Assembly: GCA_965203265.1 (NCBI GenBank)
Contig: CBDBBV010000002.1
Location: 1,810,773 to 1,874,772, forward strand
Length of the DNA stretch: 64,000 bases
Source of the DNA: Candidatus Poriferihabitaceae bacterium
GTDB taxonomy: Bacteria > Pseudomonadota > Gammaproteobacteria > Arenicellales > Poriferihabitantaceae
Direction: 5' to 3'
A model generated the notes under the pieces. The model searched no databases. It had not been told where the DNA came from and saw nothing but the letters and a program-made list of their open reading frames with translations. This document shows positions 10,451 through 19,179 of this stretch, in pieces; the stretch's first letter is position 1, and every line of letters starts with the position of its first letter. Both the position numbers and the translations under genes were made by a program.

Positions 10451-11197
10451 CTAACTGCACTTGCTCTCCCCGCAGTTGAGGCAGGTCAGGCAGTTGTCCA
10501 TTACCACCATGGCCTTGGTGTGGCATTTGCCGCACAACGACGCGCCTTCGGGGAAGACGCCTTCCTCCCCCTCGACCGGATCGGGGCTGATGGCCTGCTG
10601 TTGTTGCAGTTCCCGGCGCTTCTGATCGATCAACCGCCGTTGGTGCTCGTCGAGGGCGGGGGCGGCGATCATGCCGATCATCTGCAGGTGGGAGGCGATG
10701 GCGTCGCCGATCTCGGCAACCAGAGACGGCATGAATTTGCCGCCGCGGCGAAAGTAGCCGCCCTTCGGGTCGAACACGCTACGCAATTCCTGCACCAAGA
10801 AGGTTACATCGCCGCCCTTGCGGAATACCGCCGAGACGATCAGGGTGAGGGCGGAAATCCATTGGTAGTGATCCATGTTCTTGGAATTGATGAACATCTC
10901 GAACGGGCGGCGGCGCTCGTAGGGCGTGCCCGGATTGAGCACGATGTCGTTGATGGTGATGTAGAACGCATGCTCGGACACCGGCGTCTTGATCTTGTAA
11001 GTACTGCCCACCAGCATTTCCGGGCGCTCGACCTTTTCGTGCATGTGCGCGATGTTGTCGCCGCTCGGCTTGGGCGATTCGGCGGAGGCGGGCGGTGTTG
11101 CGGGCGGCGCGGCGGATGCGGCGGCGGCTACGTCCACTTCCGCTTCCGGCTTGACGATGTCGAAACCGATGATCTTGCGTTCGATCTTGATGCTCAT
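10451..11197 (-). CDS. nrdJb: class II (adenosylcobalamin-dependent) ribonucleotide reductase, C-terminal fragment
   Basis: 248 aa with a Cys-rich tail (CGKCHTKAMVVMDNCLTCLNCGESKCS). It starts 29 nt downstream of the large fragment, the split arrangement known from Pseudomonas. Confidence 0.75.
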   Translation of the reverse strand: MSIKIERKIIGFDIVKPEAEVDVAAAASAAPPATPPASAESPKPSGDNIAHMHEKVERPEMLVGSTYKIKTPVSEHAFYITINDIVLNPGTPYERRRPFEMFINSKNMDHYQWISALTLIVSAVFRKGGDVTFLVQELRSVFDPKGGYFRRGGKFMPSLVAEIGDAIASHLQMIGMIAAPALDEHQRRLIDQKRRELQQQQAISPDPVEGEEGVFPEGASLCGKCHTKAMVVMDNCLTCLNCGESKCS

Positions 11198-11226
11198 GTT
11201 GTTGTCTCCCGAAATGTCGGCGACGG

Positions 11227-13401
11227 CTAGAACCTGCCGTAGTAGCCTTCCTTCAAGGCGTCAAAAAGATTGGCGGCGGTATGCGTCTCGCCGTCGTATT
11301 CGATTTCCTCGTCGCCCTTGAGCTCGAGAGTACTGCCGTCGTCCAGAGCGAAGCGGTATCTGGTGTTCTCCAGATCCGCCTTCTTCACCAGCACGCCCTG
11401 AAATCGTTCCGGATTGAAACGAAAGGTGGTGCAGCCCTTGAGCCCTTTTTCCCAAGCGTATCGATAGATGTCCTGAAATTCCTCGAAGGGAAAATCGGTC
11501 GGCACGTTGGCGGTTTTCGAGATGGATGAATCGATCCACTTTTGCGCCGCGGCCTGTACATCCACATGCTGTTTCGGGGTGATGTCGGCGGCGGTGACGA
11601 AATAGTCCGGCAGAACGTTGTTCGGATCATCGGCAGCCACGCCCGCATCGGCGTTCACTAAGCGGCGATACGCCAGCAGCTCGTAGGAATACACCTCCAC
11701 CTTCTGCTTGGTTTTCTTGCCCGCCTGAATCACATTGCGGCTGTACTGGTGGGCGAAGGACGGCTCGATGCCATTGCTGACATTGTTGCCCAGCGACAGG
11801 CTGATGGTGCCGGTCGGAGCGATGGAAGTGTGGTGGGTGTAGCGGCAACCGCGCTCGGCGATGGCGTCGCGCAACGCCTGCGGAAACTGCTGCATATAGC
11901 GGCTGTAGCGGCTCATCAGCACCGCGCCCTGGACCCGGTCGCCAACCCGCCAGCCATCCTCTGCCATCTCCGGGCGGCGCGCCAGCATCTCGGTGGTTAC
12001 CGAAAATTCCTGCTCGAGAAGCGGCGCGCAGCCCTTTTCCTCGGCGAGTTTGATGCCGGTCTCCCAGCCCACCGTGGCCATCTCCCGCGCGACCCGCTCG
12101 GTGAACGCGAGGGACGCCTCGCCGCCGTAGCGCATGCGCAGCATGGTCAGCGCCGAACCCAAGCCGAGAAACCCCATGCCGTGGCGGCGCTTGTGCATGA
12201 TCTCGTCGCGCTGAGGGGAAAGGGGCAGTTCGTTCACCTCCACCACGTTGTCCAACATGCGCGAAAAGACGGCGACCACCTCGCGGTATTTCTCGAAGTT
12301 GAAACTCGCCTCGTCGGAAAACGGATTCTCCACAAACCGCGTCAGGTTGACCGAGCCGAGCAGACAGGCGCCGTAGGGCGGCAGCGGCTGCTCGCCGCAG
12401 GGGTTGGTGGCGCGGATGTTTTCGCAGAACCAGTTGTTGTTCATGGCGTTGATGCGATCGATCAGGATGAAGCCGGGCTCGGCATAGTCGTAGGTCGATT
12501 GCATGATCAGATGCCACAGGCGGCGCGCCGCCACCGAGCCGTACACCCGGCAGGCCACCTGACCGAGGTCGTTGACCACATAGTCGTCGCTGCTCGGCCA
12601 GCGGCGCCAGACGAGTTCGTGGTCGCCGCCCTCCACTTCCCGGACGGTTGCCGGAAACGACAGTTTCCACTCGGCATCGTCGCCGACCGCCTGCATGAAT
12701 TCGTCGGTGATCAGACAGGACAGGTTGAACTGGCGCAATCTCCCGTCCTCGCGCTTGGCGCGCACGAACGCCTCGATGTCCGGATGGCTGATGTCGAAGG
12801 TGCCCATCTGCGCGCCGCGCCGGCCGCCGGCGGAGGAGACGGTGAAACACATGGAATCGAAGATATCCATGAAGGACAGCGGGCCGGAAGTGTAGGCACC
12901 GGCGCCGCTGACGAAAGCGCCTCGGGGGCGCAGGGTGGAGAATTCATAGCCGATGCCGCAACCGGCCTTGAGGGTCAAGCCGGCTTCGTGCACCGAGGCC
13001 AACACGCCATCCATGGAATCCGGCAGGGTGCGCGACACGGTGCAGTTGATCGTGCTGGTGGCGGGCTTGTGGTGGCGCGCGCCGGCGTTGGCGATGATTC
13101 GCCCGGCCGGAGTGGCGCCGTTTTGCAGTGCCCAGAGGAATTTTTCATGCCAGTGCCGCTGGTTGTCTTCGCCGATTTCCACCGCCGCCAGCGCCCGCGC
13201 AACGCGCTCGAAAGTGGCATCGATATCCGCGTCCAACGGCGCGCCGTCCATGGTCTTCAGGCGATATTTCTGATCCCAGATATCGAGGGAAGTGGGTTGC
13301 AGTTCGAGCGGCGCGGCGGGCGCCTGCCGGAAAAGGCGATAGGCTGCCGCGTCGGTCTCTTTAATATCGGTGTCGCGCTGTGCGCCTGATGAATTCGGCA
13401 T
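11227..13401 (-). CDS. nrdJa: class II (adenosylcobalamin-dependent) ribonucleotide reductase, large fragment
   Basis: 724 aa with the RNR active-site block TNPCGEQPLPPYGACLLGSVNL and typical class II N-terminal regions. Confidence 0.85.
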   Translation of the reverse strand: MPNSSGAQRDTDIKETDAAAYRLFRQAPAAPLELQPTSLDIWDQKYRLKTMDGAPLDADIDATFERVARALAAVEIGEDNQRHWHEKFLWALQNGATPAGRIIANAGARHHKPATSTINCTVSRTLPDSMDGVLASVHEAGLTLKAGCGIGYEFSTLRPRGAFVSGAGAYTSGPLSFMDIFDSMCFTVSSAGGRRGAQMGTFDISHPDIEAFVRAKREDGRLRQFNLSCLITDEFMQAVGDDAEWKLSFPATVREVEGGDHELVWRRWPSSDDYVVNDLGQVACRVYGSVAARRLWHLIMQSTYDYAEPGFILIDRINAMNNNWFCENIRATNPCGEQPLPPYGACLLGSVNLTRFVENPFSDEASFNFEKYREVVAVFSRMLDNVVEVNELPLSPQRDEIMHKRRHGMGFLGLGSALTMLRMRYGGEASLAFTERVAREMATVGWETGIKLAEEKGCAPLLEQEFSVTTEMLARRPEMAEDGWRVGDRVQGAVLMSRYSRYMQQFPQALRDAIAERGCRYTHHTSIAPTGTISLSLGNNVSNGIEPSFAHQYSRNVIQAGKKTKQKVEVYSYELLAYRRLVNADAGVAADDPNNVLPDYFVTAADITPKQHVDVQAAAQKWIDSSISKTANVPTDFPFEEFQDIYRYAWEKGLKGCTTFRFNPERFQGVLVKKADLENTRYRFALDDGSTLELKGDEEIEYDGETHTAANLFDALKEGYYGRF

Positions 13402-13553
13402 GATTTTCGTGACGGTTCTGTTTGGTTCGCTCTACCCATGCCCGCCCGCTTCGGGCGCGCCGGACGCCTCCTCGAGAAACCCCCGTTTTCCCTGCCAAAC
13501 GGCTGTCTCGGCGGCAACCGGCAATCTGCGAAAATCGCTGTTTGCCTCGTTAA

Positions 13554-13569
13554 ACACCATATATTGGGG
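13554..13569 (-). promoter_or_regulatory. candidate NrdR box (proximal)
   Basis: The minus-strand 16-mer ccccaatatatggtgt matches about 13 of 16 positions of the remembered gammaproteobacterial NrdR consensus acaCwAtATaTwGtgt. It lies about 150 nt upstream of the nrdJa ATG. Confidence 0.5.
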
Positions 13570-13585
13570 TTTAAGTCGCGATAGT

Positions 13586-13604
13586 ACACCAATATGTAGG
13601 GTGT
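13586..13604 (-). promoter_or_regulatory. candidate NrdR box (distal, imperfect)
   Basis: acaccaatatgtagggtgt has palindromic acacc/ggtgt arms. Its start is offset 32 bp from the proximal box, the usual three-helical-turn tandem spacing. The core match is weaker. Confidence 0.35.
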
Positions 13605-13632
13605 TTGTCAAAACCATTTCCCGCTGTCTCAC

Positions 13633-14643
13633 TCAATCGTCCAGCGCCGACAGCACCCGCTCGGGCCGCAGTTGCCGAAGACAGTCGAGGTGGCCGAGGG
13701 GGCATTCCCGCTGGAAGCAGGGGCTGCATTTCAGGCGCAGGTTGAGGAGTTCGCAGTTGTCGCTCAGCGGCGGGGTGAATGCATCGCTGGACGAGCCGTA
13801 GATGGCGATCACGCGGCAGCCGATGGCCGCGGCGACATGCATTAGGCCGGAATCGTTGGTTACCGCACAGCGCGCCAGCGACATCAGATCGATGGCCTCG
13901 CCGAGGGTGGTGCGGCCGCTGAGATCGGCACAACGTTGTCGGCAAATTCGGTTGATGCGTTGGCAGATCGCCCGATCGTTTTGCGAGCCGAACAGCCACA
14001 CCTGCCAACCCTGCTGCAGCTGCTCCTCGGCCACTTCAGCGAAATACTCCGCCGGCCAGCGTTTGGCCGGGCCGTACTCGGCGCCGGGGCACAGCGCCAG
14101 AATCCGCGTGGTCGGCGCATCGACTTCGAGGCCGAAGCGCGCCGCGGTTTGGCTGACCAGATCCCGCTCCACCACTAGCGCCGGATGGGGAATATGTGCG
14201 CTCGGCGGCGCCGATTTCGGCAGGCCGAGGGCGACGAAACGCTGGGCATTCACCGGCAACGCCTGCCGATCGAGGAGGCGGATGTCGTTCAGCAACCCCC
14301 AGCGCTGCTCGCCGAGATAGCCGGTGCGCACGGGAATCTTCGCAAACCACGGCACCAGTGCGGATTTGAAGGAGCCCGGCAGGACGATGGCGCGGTGGAA
14401 ATTCGACCGCCTGAGCGCCCGCCCCAACTTGCGGCGCACGCTCAGGCCGAGTTGGCCGTGCCCCACGGGCAGGCGGACGGTGCCGCCGACTTCCGGCATT
14501 CGCGCCAGTATCGGCATGCTCCAGGGCGGCGCGAGTACGGTGATTTCGGCGCCCGGCTCGTCTCGCTTGAGCACCTTGAAGAGGCTCTGCGCCATGACCA
14601 TGTCGCCGACCCAGGCCGGCCCCACCACCAGAATTTTGTTCAT
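13633..14643 (-). CDS. waaF: ADP-heptose:LPS heptosyltransferase II
   Basis: 336 aa. The N-terminus MNKILVVGPAWVGDMVMAQSLFKVLK and overall GT9 layout are typical of WaaF. Confidence 0.8.
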   Translation of the reverse strand: MNKILVVGPAWVGDMVMAQSLFKVLKRDEPGAEITVLAPPWSMPILARMPEVGGTVRLPVGHGQLGLSVRRKLGRALRRSNFHRAIVLPGSFKSALVPWFAKIPVRTGYLGEQRWGLLNDIRLLDRQALPVNAQRFVALGLPKSAPPSAHIPHPALVVERDLVSQTAARFGLEVDAPTTRILALCPGAEYGPAKRWPAEYFAEVAEEQLQQGWQVWLFGSQNDRAICQRINRICRQRCADLSGRTTLGEAIDLMSLARCAVTNDSGLMHVAAAIGCRVIAIYGSSSDAFTPPLSDNCELLNLRLKCSPCFQRECPLGHLDCLRQLRPERVLSALDD

Positions 14644-14677
14644 GGCCGCGATGTTCGGCCGGTGCCGCGCACCGGAA

Positions 14678-14920
14678 TCAGCTAGGCGTCTCCGCCGAAT
14701 CGACGAGTAGGTACAACGTGCCGCAATAGGGGCAGCGCTGCTCGCCGCTCTCCATGGGCAGATAGACTCGCGGATGGGAGTCCCACAGACGCTTGCCGGG
14801 CATGGGGCAGTGCAGCGGCAGGTCGGCCGCGCTCACCTCCACCCGCCGCTGGGCGTTGGGCAGGTCGTGCGCCGCCTTGGGCGTTTGCGGTGTTTCGGAT
14901 GCTTCGGACGTTTCAGACAC
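14678..14920 (-). CDS. zinc-finger domain protein (CHCC-type)
   Basis: 80 aa. LHCPMPG...RCPYCGTLY forms a four-ligand zinc knuckle. The GTG start lies inside a 9-bp tandem repeat that encodes SETSEASET. Confidence 0.55.
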   Translation of the reverse strand: MSETSEASETPQTPKAAHDLPNAQRRVEVSAADLPLHCPMPGKRLWDSHPRVYLPMESGEQRCPYCGTLYLLVDSAETPS

Positions 14921-14935
14921 TTCGGACCTCGGATC

Positions 14936-15856
14936 TCAGATATAGGTAAGCCATTCGCGATGACACGGTATGCGGTCGTGCACCGCATCGAAGAATCGGC
15001 GCTGAATTCTTTCGGTGATGGGGCCGCGTCCGCCGGCGCCGATGCGGCGGTTGTCCAGCTCGCGAATCGGCGTAACCTCCGCCGCGGTGCCGGTGAAGAA
15101 CGCCTCGTCGCAGATGTACACCTCATCTCGGGTGATGCGCTTTTCCACCAGCGGCAGCCCTTCATCCGCGAGCAGCCGGACGACCGTGTTGCGGGTGATG
15201 CCGTCCAGCGCCGAGGTCAGATCCGGTGTGTACACCACGTCGTCGCGCACGATGAACAGGTTCTCGCCGCTGCCCTCCATGACGAAGCCGTTGGTGTCCA
15301 GCAGCAGCGCCTCGTCGTAGCCGGTTTCCACCGCTTCCTGCAAGGCGAGGATGGAATTGATGTAATGCCCGTTGGCCTTGGCGCGGCACATGCTGACATT
15401 GACATGGTGGCGGGTGTAGGACGAGACGCGCACGCGGATGCCCTTTTCCATGCTCTCCTCGCCGAGATAGGTGCCCCATTCCCACGCCGCGATGGCCACA
15501 TGCACGCTCAGATTGTCGGCGCGGATGCCCATGCCCTCGGAACCGTAGAACGCCATCGGCCGCAGATATCCGGAGGTCAGATTGTTGTCCTTGACCACCT
15601 GCCGCTGCGCCGCCATCAGGGTATCGGTGTCGTAGGGTATCTTCATATTGAGGATGTGCGCCGATCGTAGCAGGCGATCGGTGTGGTCGCGCAGGCGAAA
15701 AATCGCGGTTCCCCGGCCGGTGTCGTAGGCGCGCACCCCCTCGAATACCCCCAGACCATAGTGCAGGGTATGGGTCAGCACATGCACCTGCGCCTCCCGC
15801 CAGGGGACGAATTCCCCGTCCAACCAGATCACGCCATCACGGTCACTGAACGACAT
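14936..15856 (-). CDS. ilvE: branched-chain amino acid aminotransferase
   Basis: ATG at 15856 (MSFSDRDGVIWLDGEFVPWREAQVHV), with GGAG 9 nt upstream, is preferred over the GTG at 15871. It has class IV aminotransferase motifs. Confidence 0.85.
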   Translation of the reverse strand: MSFSDRDGVIWLDGEFVPWREAQVHVLTHTLHYGLGVFEGVRAYDTGRGTAIFRLRDHTDRLLRSAHILNMKIPYDTDTLMAAQRQVVKDNNLTSGYLRPMAFYGSEGMGIRADNLSVHVAIAAWEWGTYLGEESMEKGIRVRVSSYTRHHVNVSMCRAKANGHYINSILALQEAVETGYDEALLLDTNGFVMEGSGENLFIVRDDVVYTPDLTSALDGITRNTVVRLLADEGLPLVEKRITRDEVYICDEAFFTGTAAEVTPIRELDNRRIGAGGRGPITERIQRRFFDAVHDRIPCHREWLTYI

Positions 15857-16017
15857 TTTGTTCGACTCCACGGAAATTTTTTCAACCGCACTAGATAATT
15901 CACCTCGCCGCCATTGTCAACCGAAAATTTGCCGCAAGCGTCGCGCGTGCCGCAAATATCAAGTTCCCCGGCGGCTTCATCCGCGCTAGAATTGCGCCGT
16001 GAGCGGAGCGGCGGCCA

Positions 16018-17166
16018 GTGAAAATTGCGACTTTTTCCCGTATTGACGACATCGATGCGCCCCAGTGGAACGCTCTGGTGCGCGCCCGTTATCCCTTCCT
16101 GCAACACGGATTCCTGTCCGCTCTGGAGCGCCACGGCTGCGTCGGCGCGCACGCCGGCTGGATTCCCCGACATATCGGCTGCTTCGACGGCGACGGCACG
16201 CTGGTGGGCGCCATGCCGTTGTACGAGAAGCACAACTCCTGGGGCGAATTCGTCTTCGACCACGCCTGGGCCGACGCCTTCGAGCGCGCCGGCCTCGCCT
16301 ATTACCCCAAATTGGTCAACGCCATTCCGTTCACCCCCGCCTCGGGTCAGCGGGTGCTGGCGCAAGCGGCGCGGCGCGAGACCATCGTGCAGGCGTTGGC
16401 GGACGGCGCCCGCGCGTTGATGCGGCGCGGGCGTTTCAGCGGCGTGCACAGTTTGTTCCTCGCCGCCGACGAGTTCGACCTGCTGTGCACCGACGACGCC
16501 GTGTTGCGCGCCGACTGCCAGTTCCATTGGCACAATCGGAACTACCGGAATTTCGACCAGTTTCTCGAAACCCTCAAGGCGAAGAAACGCAAGAACATTC
16601 GCCGGGAACGGCAGCGGGCGGTGCATTCGGGGATACGCATCCGCCGCCTCGACGGCCACACTGCGAGCGAGCGGGACTGGCGGGACTTCACCGAGATGTA
16701 TCGCGGGATATACCAGCGCAAATACGGCTATCCGGCCTTCAATCAGCCGTTCTTCACCGAGGTGGCGGAGATCATCCCCGATCAAATTCAGCTGCTGCTG
16801 GCGCATCGCGACGGGCGGGCGGTGGGCGCGGCGCTGATGTATCTCGACGACCATACCCTGTACGGCCGCCATTGGGGATGCCGCGAGCGCCTCGACTGCC
16901 TGCATTTCGAGCTGTGCTATTACCAAGGAATCGAGATCTGCATCGAACGCGGCTTGCGGCGCTTCGACCCCGGCGCTCAAGGGGAGCACAAGATCGCGCG
17001 CGGTTTCGCGCCGGTGCGCACGCGCTCGCTGCATTGGATGGCGCACAGCCCGTTCACTCAGGCGATCAGGCAGTTCGCCGGACGGGAAGCCGCCGGCGTG
17101 CGCCGCTACATGGACGCGGTCGAGGGGCATTCCCCCTACCATCGCCCGGACGGCGACGCGGCGTGA
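16018..17166 (+). CDS. GNAT/FemAB-like acyltransferase family protein (DUF482-like)
   Basis: 382 aa with a GTG start. The N-terminus IDAPQWNALV...PFLQHGFLSALE...GW.P.H is characteristic of this family. Confidence 0.6.
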   Translation: MKIATFSRIDDIDAPQWNALVRARYPFLQHGFLSALERHGCVGAHAGWIPRHIGCFDGDGTLVGAMPLYEKHNSWGEFVFDHAWADAFERAGLAYYPKLVNAIPFTPASGQRVLAQAARRETIVQALADGARALMRRGRFSGVHSLFLAADEFDLLCTDDAVLRADCQFHWHNRNYRNFDQFLETLKAKKRKNIRRERQRAVHSGIRIRRLDGHTASERDWRDFTEMYRGIYQRKYGYPAFNQPFFTEVAEIIPDQIQLLLAHRDGRAVGAALMYLDDHTLYGRHWGCRERLDCLHFELCYYQGIEICIERGLRRFDPGAQGEHKIARGFAPVRTRSLHWMAHSPFTQAIRQFAGREAAGVRRYMDAVEGHSPYHRPDGDAA

Positions 17167-17197
17167 GCGCGGTCGGCTCAGCGTAGGGAGTAGGGCG

Positions 17198-17980
17198 ATG
17201 TCCGTTTCGCTACGACGCAAACTCGGTAGATGGATCGCCCGCTATCTGAGCGCGCCGATCCCCAATTACCAGCCGTTCTGCACCTACGATGTGCCGGTGC
17301 TCGAATCCTGCCTGCAGCCCGCCGACATCCTGTTGGTGGAGGGCGACACCCGCATCAGCACCGCGATCAAGTACCTGACCCAATCCACCTGGTCCCACGC
17401 CGCCTTCTACGCCGGCGACGACACCCGGCGATTTACCGCCGAGGGCGAACCGTGCCCGCTGATCGAGGCCGAAATCGCCGACGGCGTGATCGCCTCGCCG
17501 CTGTCCAAGTACCGCGAGTTCAACACGCGCATCTGCCGACCGGTCAATCTCGGCGCCGACGATCGCCGCGCGGTGGTGGCGAAAATGGTGGCCAGCATCG
17601 GCCTCGACTACGATCTGCAACACATCGTCGATCTCGCCAGATACCTGCTGCCGGTGCCGCCGGTGCCGGTGCGCCTTCGTCGGCGCATGTTGGCGTTGGG
17701 TAGCGGCGACCCCACCCGGGCGATCTGCTCGACCCTCATCGCCGAGACCTTCCAGTCCATTCGCTACCCGATTCTGCCGCGAGTGGAGAAGAAAACCGTG
17801 CTGTCGAAATACCACTACAGCGTGCGGGAAATCCTGCACATCCGCCACCACAGTTTGTTCACGCCGCGCGACTTCGATGTCTCCCCGTATTTCAAGATCA
17901 TCAAGCCCACCATCGAAAGCGGCTTCGACTATCGAATGCTCACATTCGACGACCAGTCCACCGCGCGCAAAAACCGCTAG
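17198..17980 (+). CDS. YiiX/YebB-like permuted papain-fold hydrolase family protein
   Basis: 260 aa. PADILLVEGDTRISTAIKYLTQSTWSHAAFYAG resembles the permuted NlpC/P60 lipo-like proteins. Confidence 0.5.
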   Translation: MSVSLRRKLGRWIARYLSAPIPNYQPFCTYDVPVLESCLQPADILLVEGDTRISTAIKYLTQSTWSHAAFYAGDDTRRFTAEGEPCPLIEAEIADGVIASPLSKYREFNTRICRPVNLGADDRRAVVAKMVASIGLDYDLQHIVDLARYLLPVPPVPVRLRRRMLALGSGDPTRAICSTLIAETFQSIRYPILPRVEKKTVLSKYHYSVREILHIRHHSLFTPRDFDVSPYFKIIKPTIESGFDYRMLTFDDQSTARKNR

Positions 17981-18155
17981 CGCCGCCGATTTCGGCGTGA
18001 ATCGCGCCGCCGGATGGCATACAATGCGCCCCCGCCCGAAGACGCCCGTGGCCACTTGCCGCGCGCATGGCGGAGCCGGATTTTTCCGACACGATCGATT
18101 TTCCGATTGCCTATTTCGTCCCGTTCGCCCTGTTCGCCCCATTCGCCTCGTCGTC

Positions 18156-18743
18156 ATGTCTTCTCCCGCCGTGCTCATCCTCTCGGCTCCATCTGGAGCG
18201 GGCAAGACCAGCCTCGCGCGAACTCTGGTGGCGCGCCGCGCGGATGTGGCGCTGGCGGTGTCTCACACCACCCGCCCACGGCGCCCCGGCGAGCGCGACG
18301 GCAGCGACTATCATTTCGTCGATGAGGCGGAATTCGAGGCGATGATCGCGGCCAACCGCTTCATCGAGCACGCCACGGTGTTCGGAAACCGCTACGGCAC
18401 TTCCGCGCACGCCGTCGAAACCCTCATTGCCCGCGGCAAACACGCCATTCTCGAGATCGACTGGCAGGGCGCACGCGCCGTGCGCCGCAGATTCCCGCAG
18501 GCGAGATCGGTGTTCGTCATGCCGCCTTCGCTGGCGGCGCTGGAAGAGCGGCTGAAATTCCGGCGGCAGGACACCGACGAGGTCATCGCCGCGCGCATGC
18601 GCGCCGCCGCCGATGAAATGAGCCACCGGGAAGAGTATGATTATGTGATCGTCAACGATCACTTCGAGCGGGCGCTGGCGAAGTTGGAAGCCATTCTGCC
18701 GGCATCCGGCGATGGTGATGGTGGCGAGACGGCGGCTGAGTAA
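18156..18743 (+). CDS. gmk: guanylate kinase
   Basis: Start taken at [20 protein letters not shown] (P-loop) within track ORF 17877..18743. It belongs to the conserved gmk-rpoZ-spoT cluster. Confidence 0.9.
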   Translation: MSSPAVLILSAPSGAGKTSLARTLVARRADVALAVSHTTRPRRPGERDGSDYHFVDEAEFEAMIAANRFIEHATVFGNRYGTSAHAVETLIARGKHAILEIDWQGARAVRRRFPQARSVFVMPPSLAALEERLKFRRQDTDEVIAARMRAAADEMSHREEYDYVIVNDHFERALAKLEAILPASGDGDGGETAAE

Positions 18744-18784
18744 GTCGAGTAAGTTGAACAAGTGCTGCTTACCGTTTCCGCTCT

Positions 18785-18847
18785 TTCGTCTTTCATTTTT
18801 CATTTTTCGTTTTTCACTGTTCATTATTCTGTTTTCATTATTCAGTA
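18785..18847. repeat. nine tandem imperfect heptamers (TTCRNTN), AT-rich
   Basis: TTC recurs at 18785, 18792, 18799, 18806, 18813, 18820, 18827, 18834 and 18841, an exact 7-bp period. The repeat lies in the gmk-rpoZ spacer and ends 12 nt before the rpoZ ATG. Confidence 0.85.
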
Positions 18848-18858
18848 GGAGTTTGCAA

Positions 18859-19179
18859 ATGGCGCGTGTAACCGTAACCGACTGCCTCGAGCACGTCGAC
18901 AACCGATTTCAGCTGGTATTGATCGCCTCCAAGCGGGCGCGGCAATTGCTTCTGGGAGCCATGCCGCTGGTGGCGGTCGACAACGACAAACCCACGGTGC
19001 TGGCCTTGCGCGAGATCGCCGAAGGCCACATCGGTTCATCGATTCTGGATGAGCCCGCGCCCGAGCTGATGTTCAAAAAGAGTGAGGTAACGATCCCATC
19101 CGATGACTATGTCATCGAGGAGGAAGACCGTGGCGAGCCGTTTGACGCTGAGCCAACGGTGGAAACGGAAACCGGCTGA
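18859..19179 (+). CDS. rpoZ: DNA-directed RNA polymerase subunit omega
   Basis: [30 protein letters not shown] is the canonical omega N-terminus. It is an in-frame ATG within track ORF 18712..19179. Confidence 0.9.
   Translation: MARVTVTDCLEHVDNRFQLVLIASKRARQLLLGAMPLVAVDNDKPTVLALREIAEGHIGSSILDEPAPELMFKKSEVTIPSDDYVIEEEDRGEPFDAEPTVETETG

Noticed and set aside
10433-10452. Hairpin gccgccg-agcg-cggcggc at the nrdJb stop as an intrinsic terminator
   Set aside because: It has a perfect 7-bp stem, but it overlaps the stop codon and is not followed by a U-tract on the minus-strand transcript. That is too weak to call a terminator.
13402-13632. Cobalamin riboswitch in the nrdJ leader
   Set aside because: I looked for a B12-box-like core and the usual GC-rich multi-stem layout and could not support one by eye. 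The only structured elements are the AT-rich NrdR-like palindromes. A covariance-model scan (Rfam RF00174) would be decisive.
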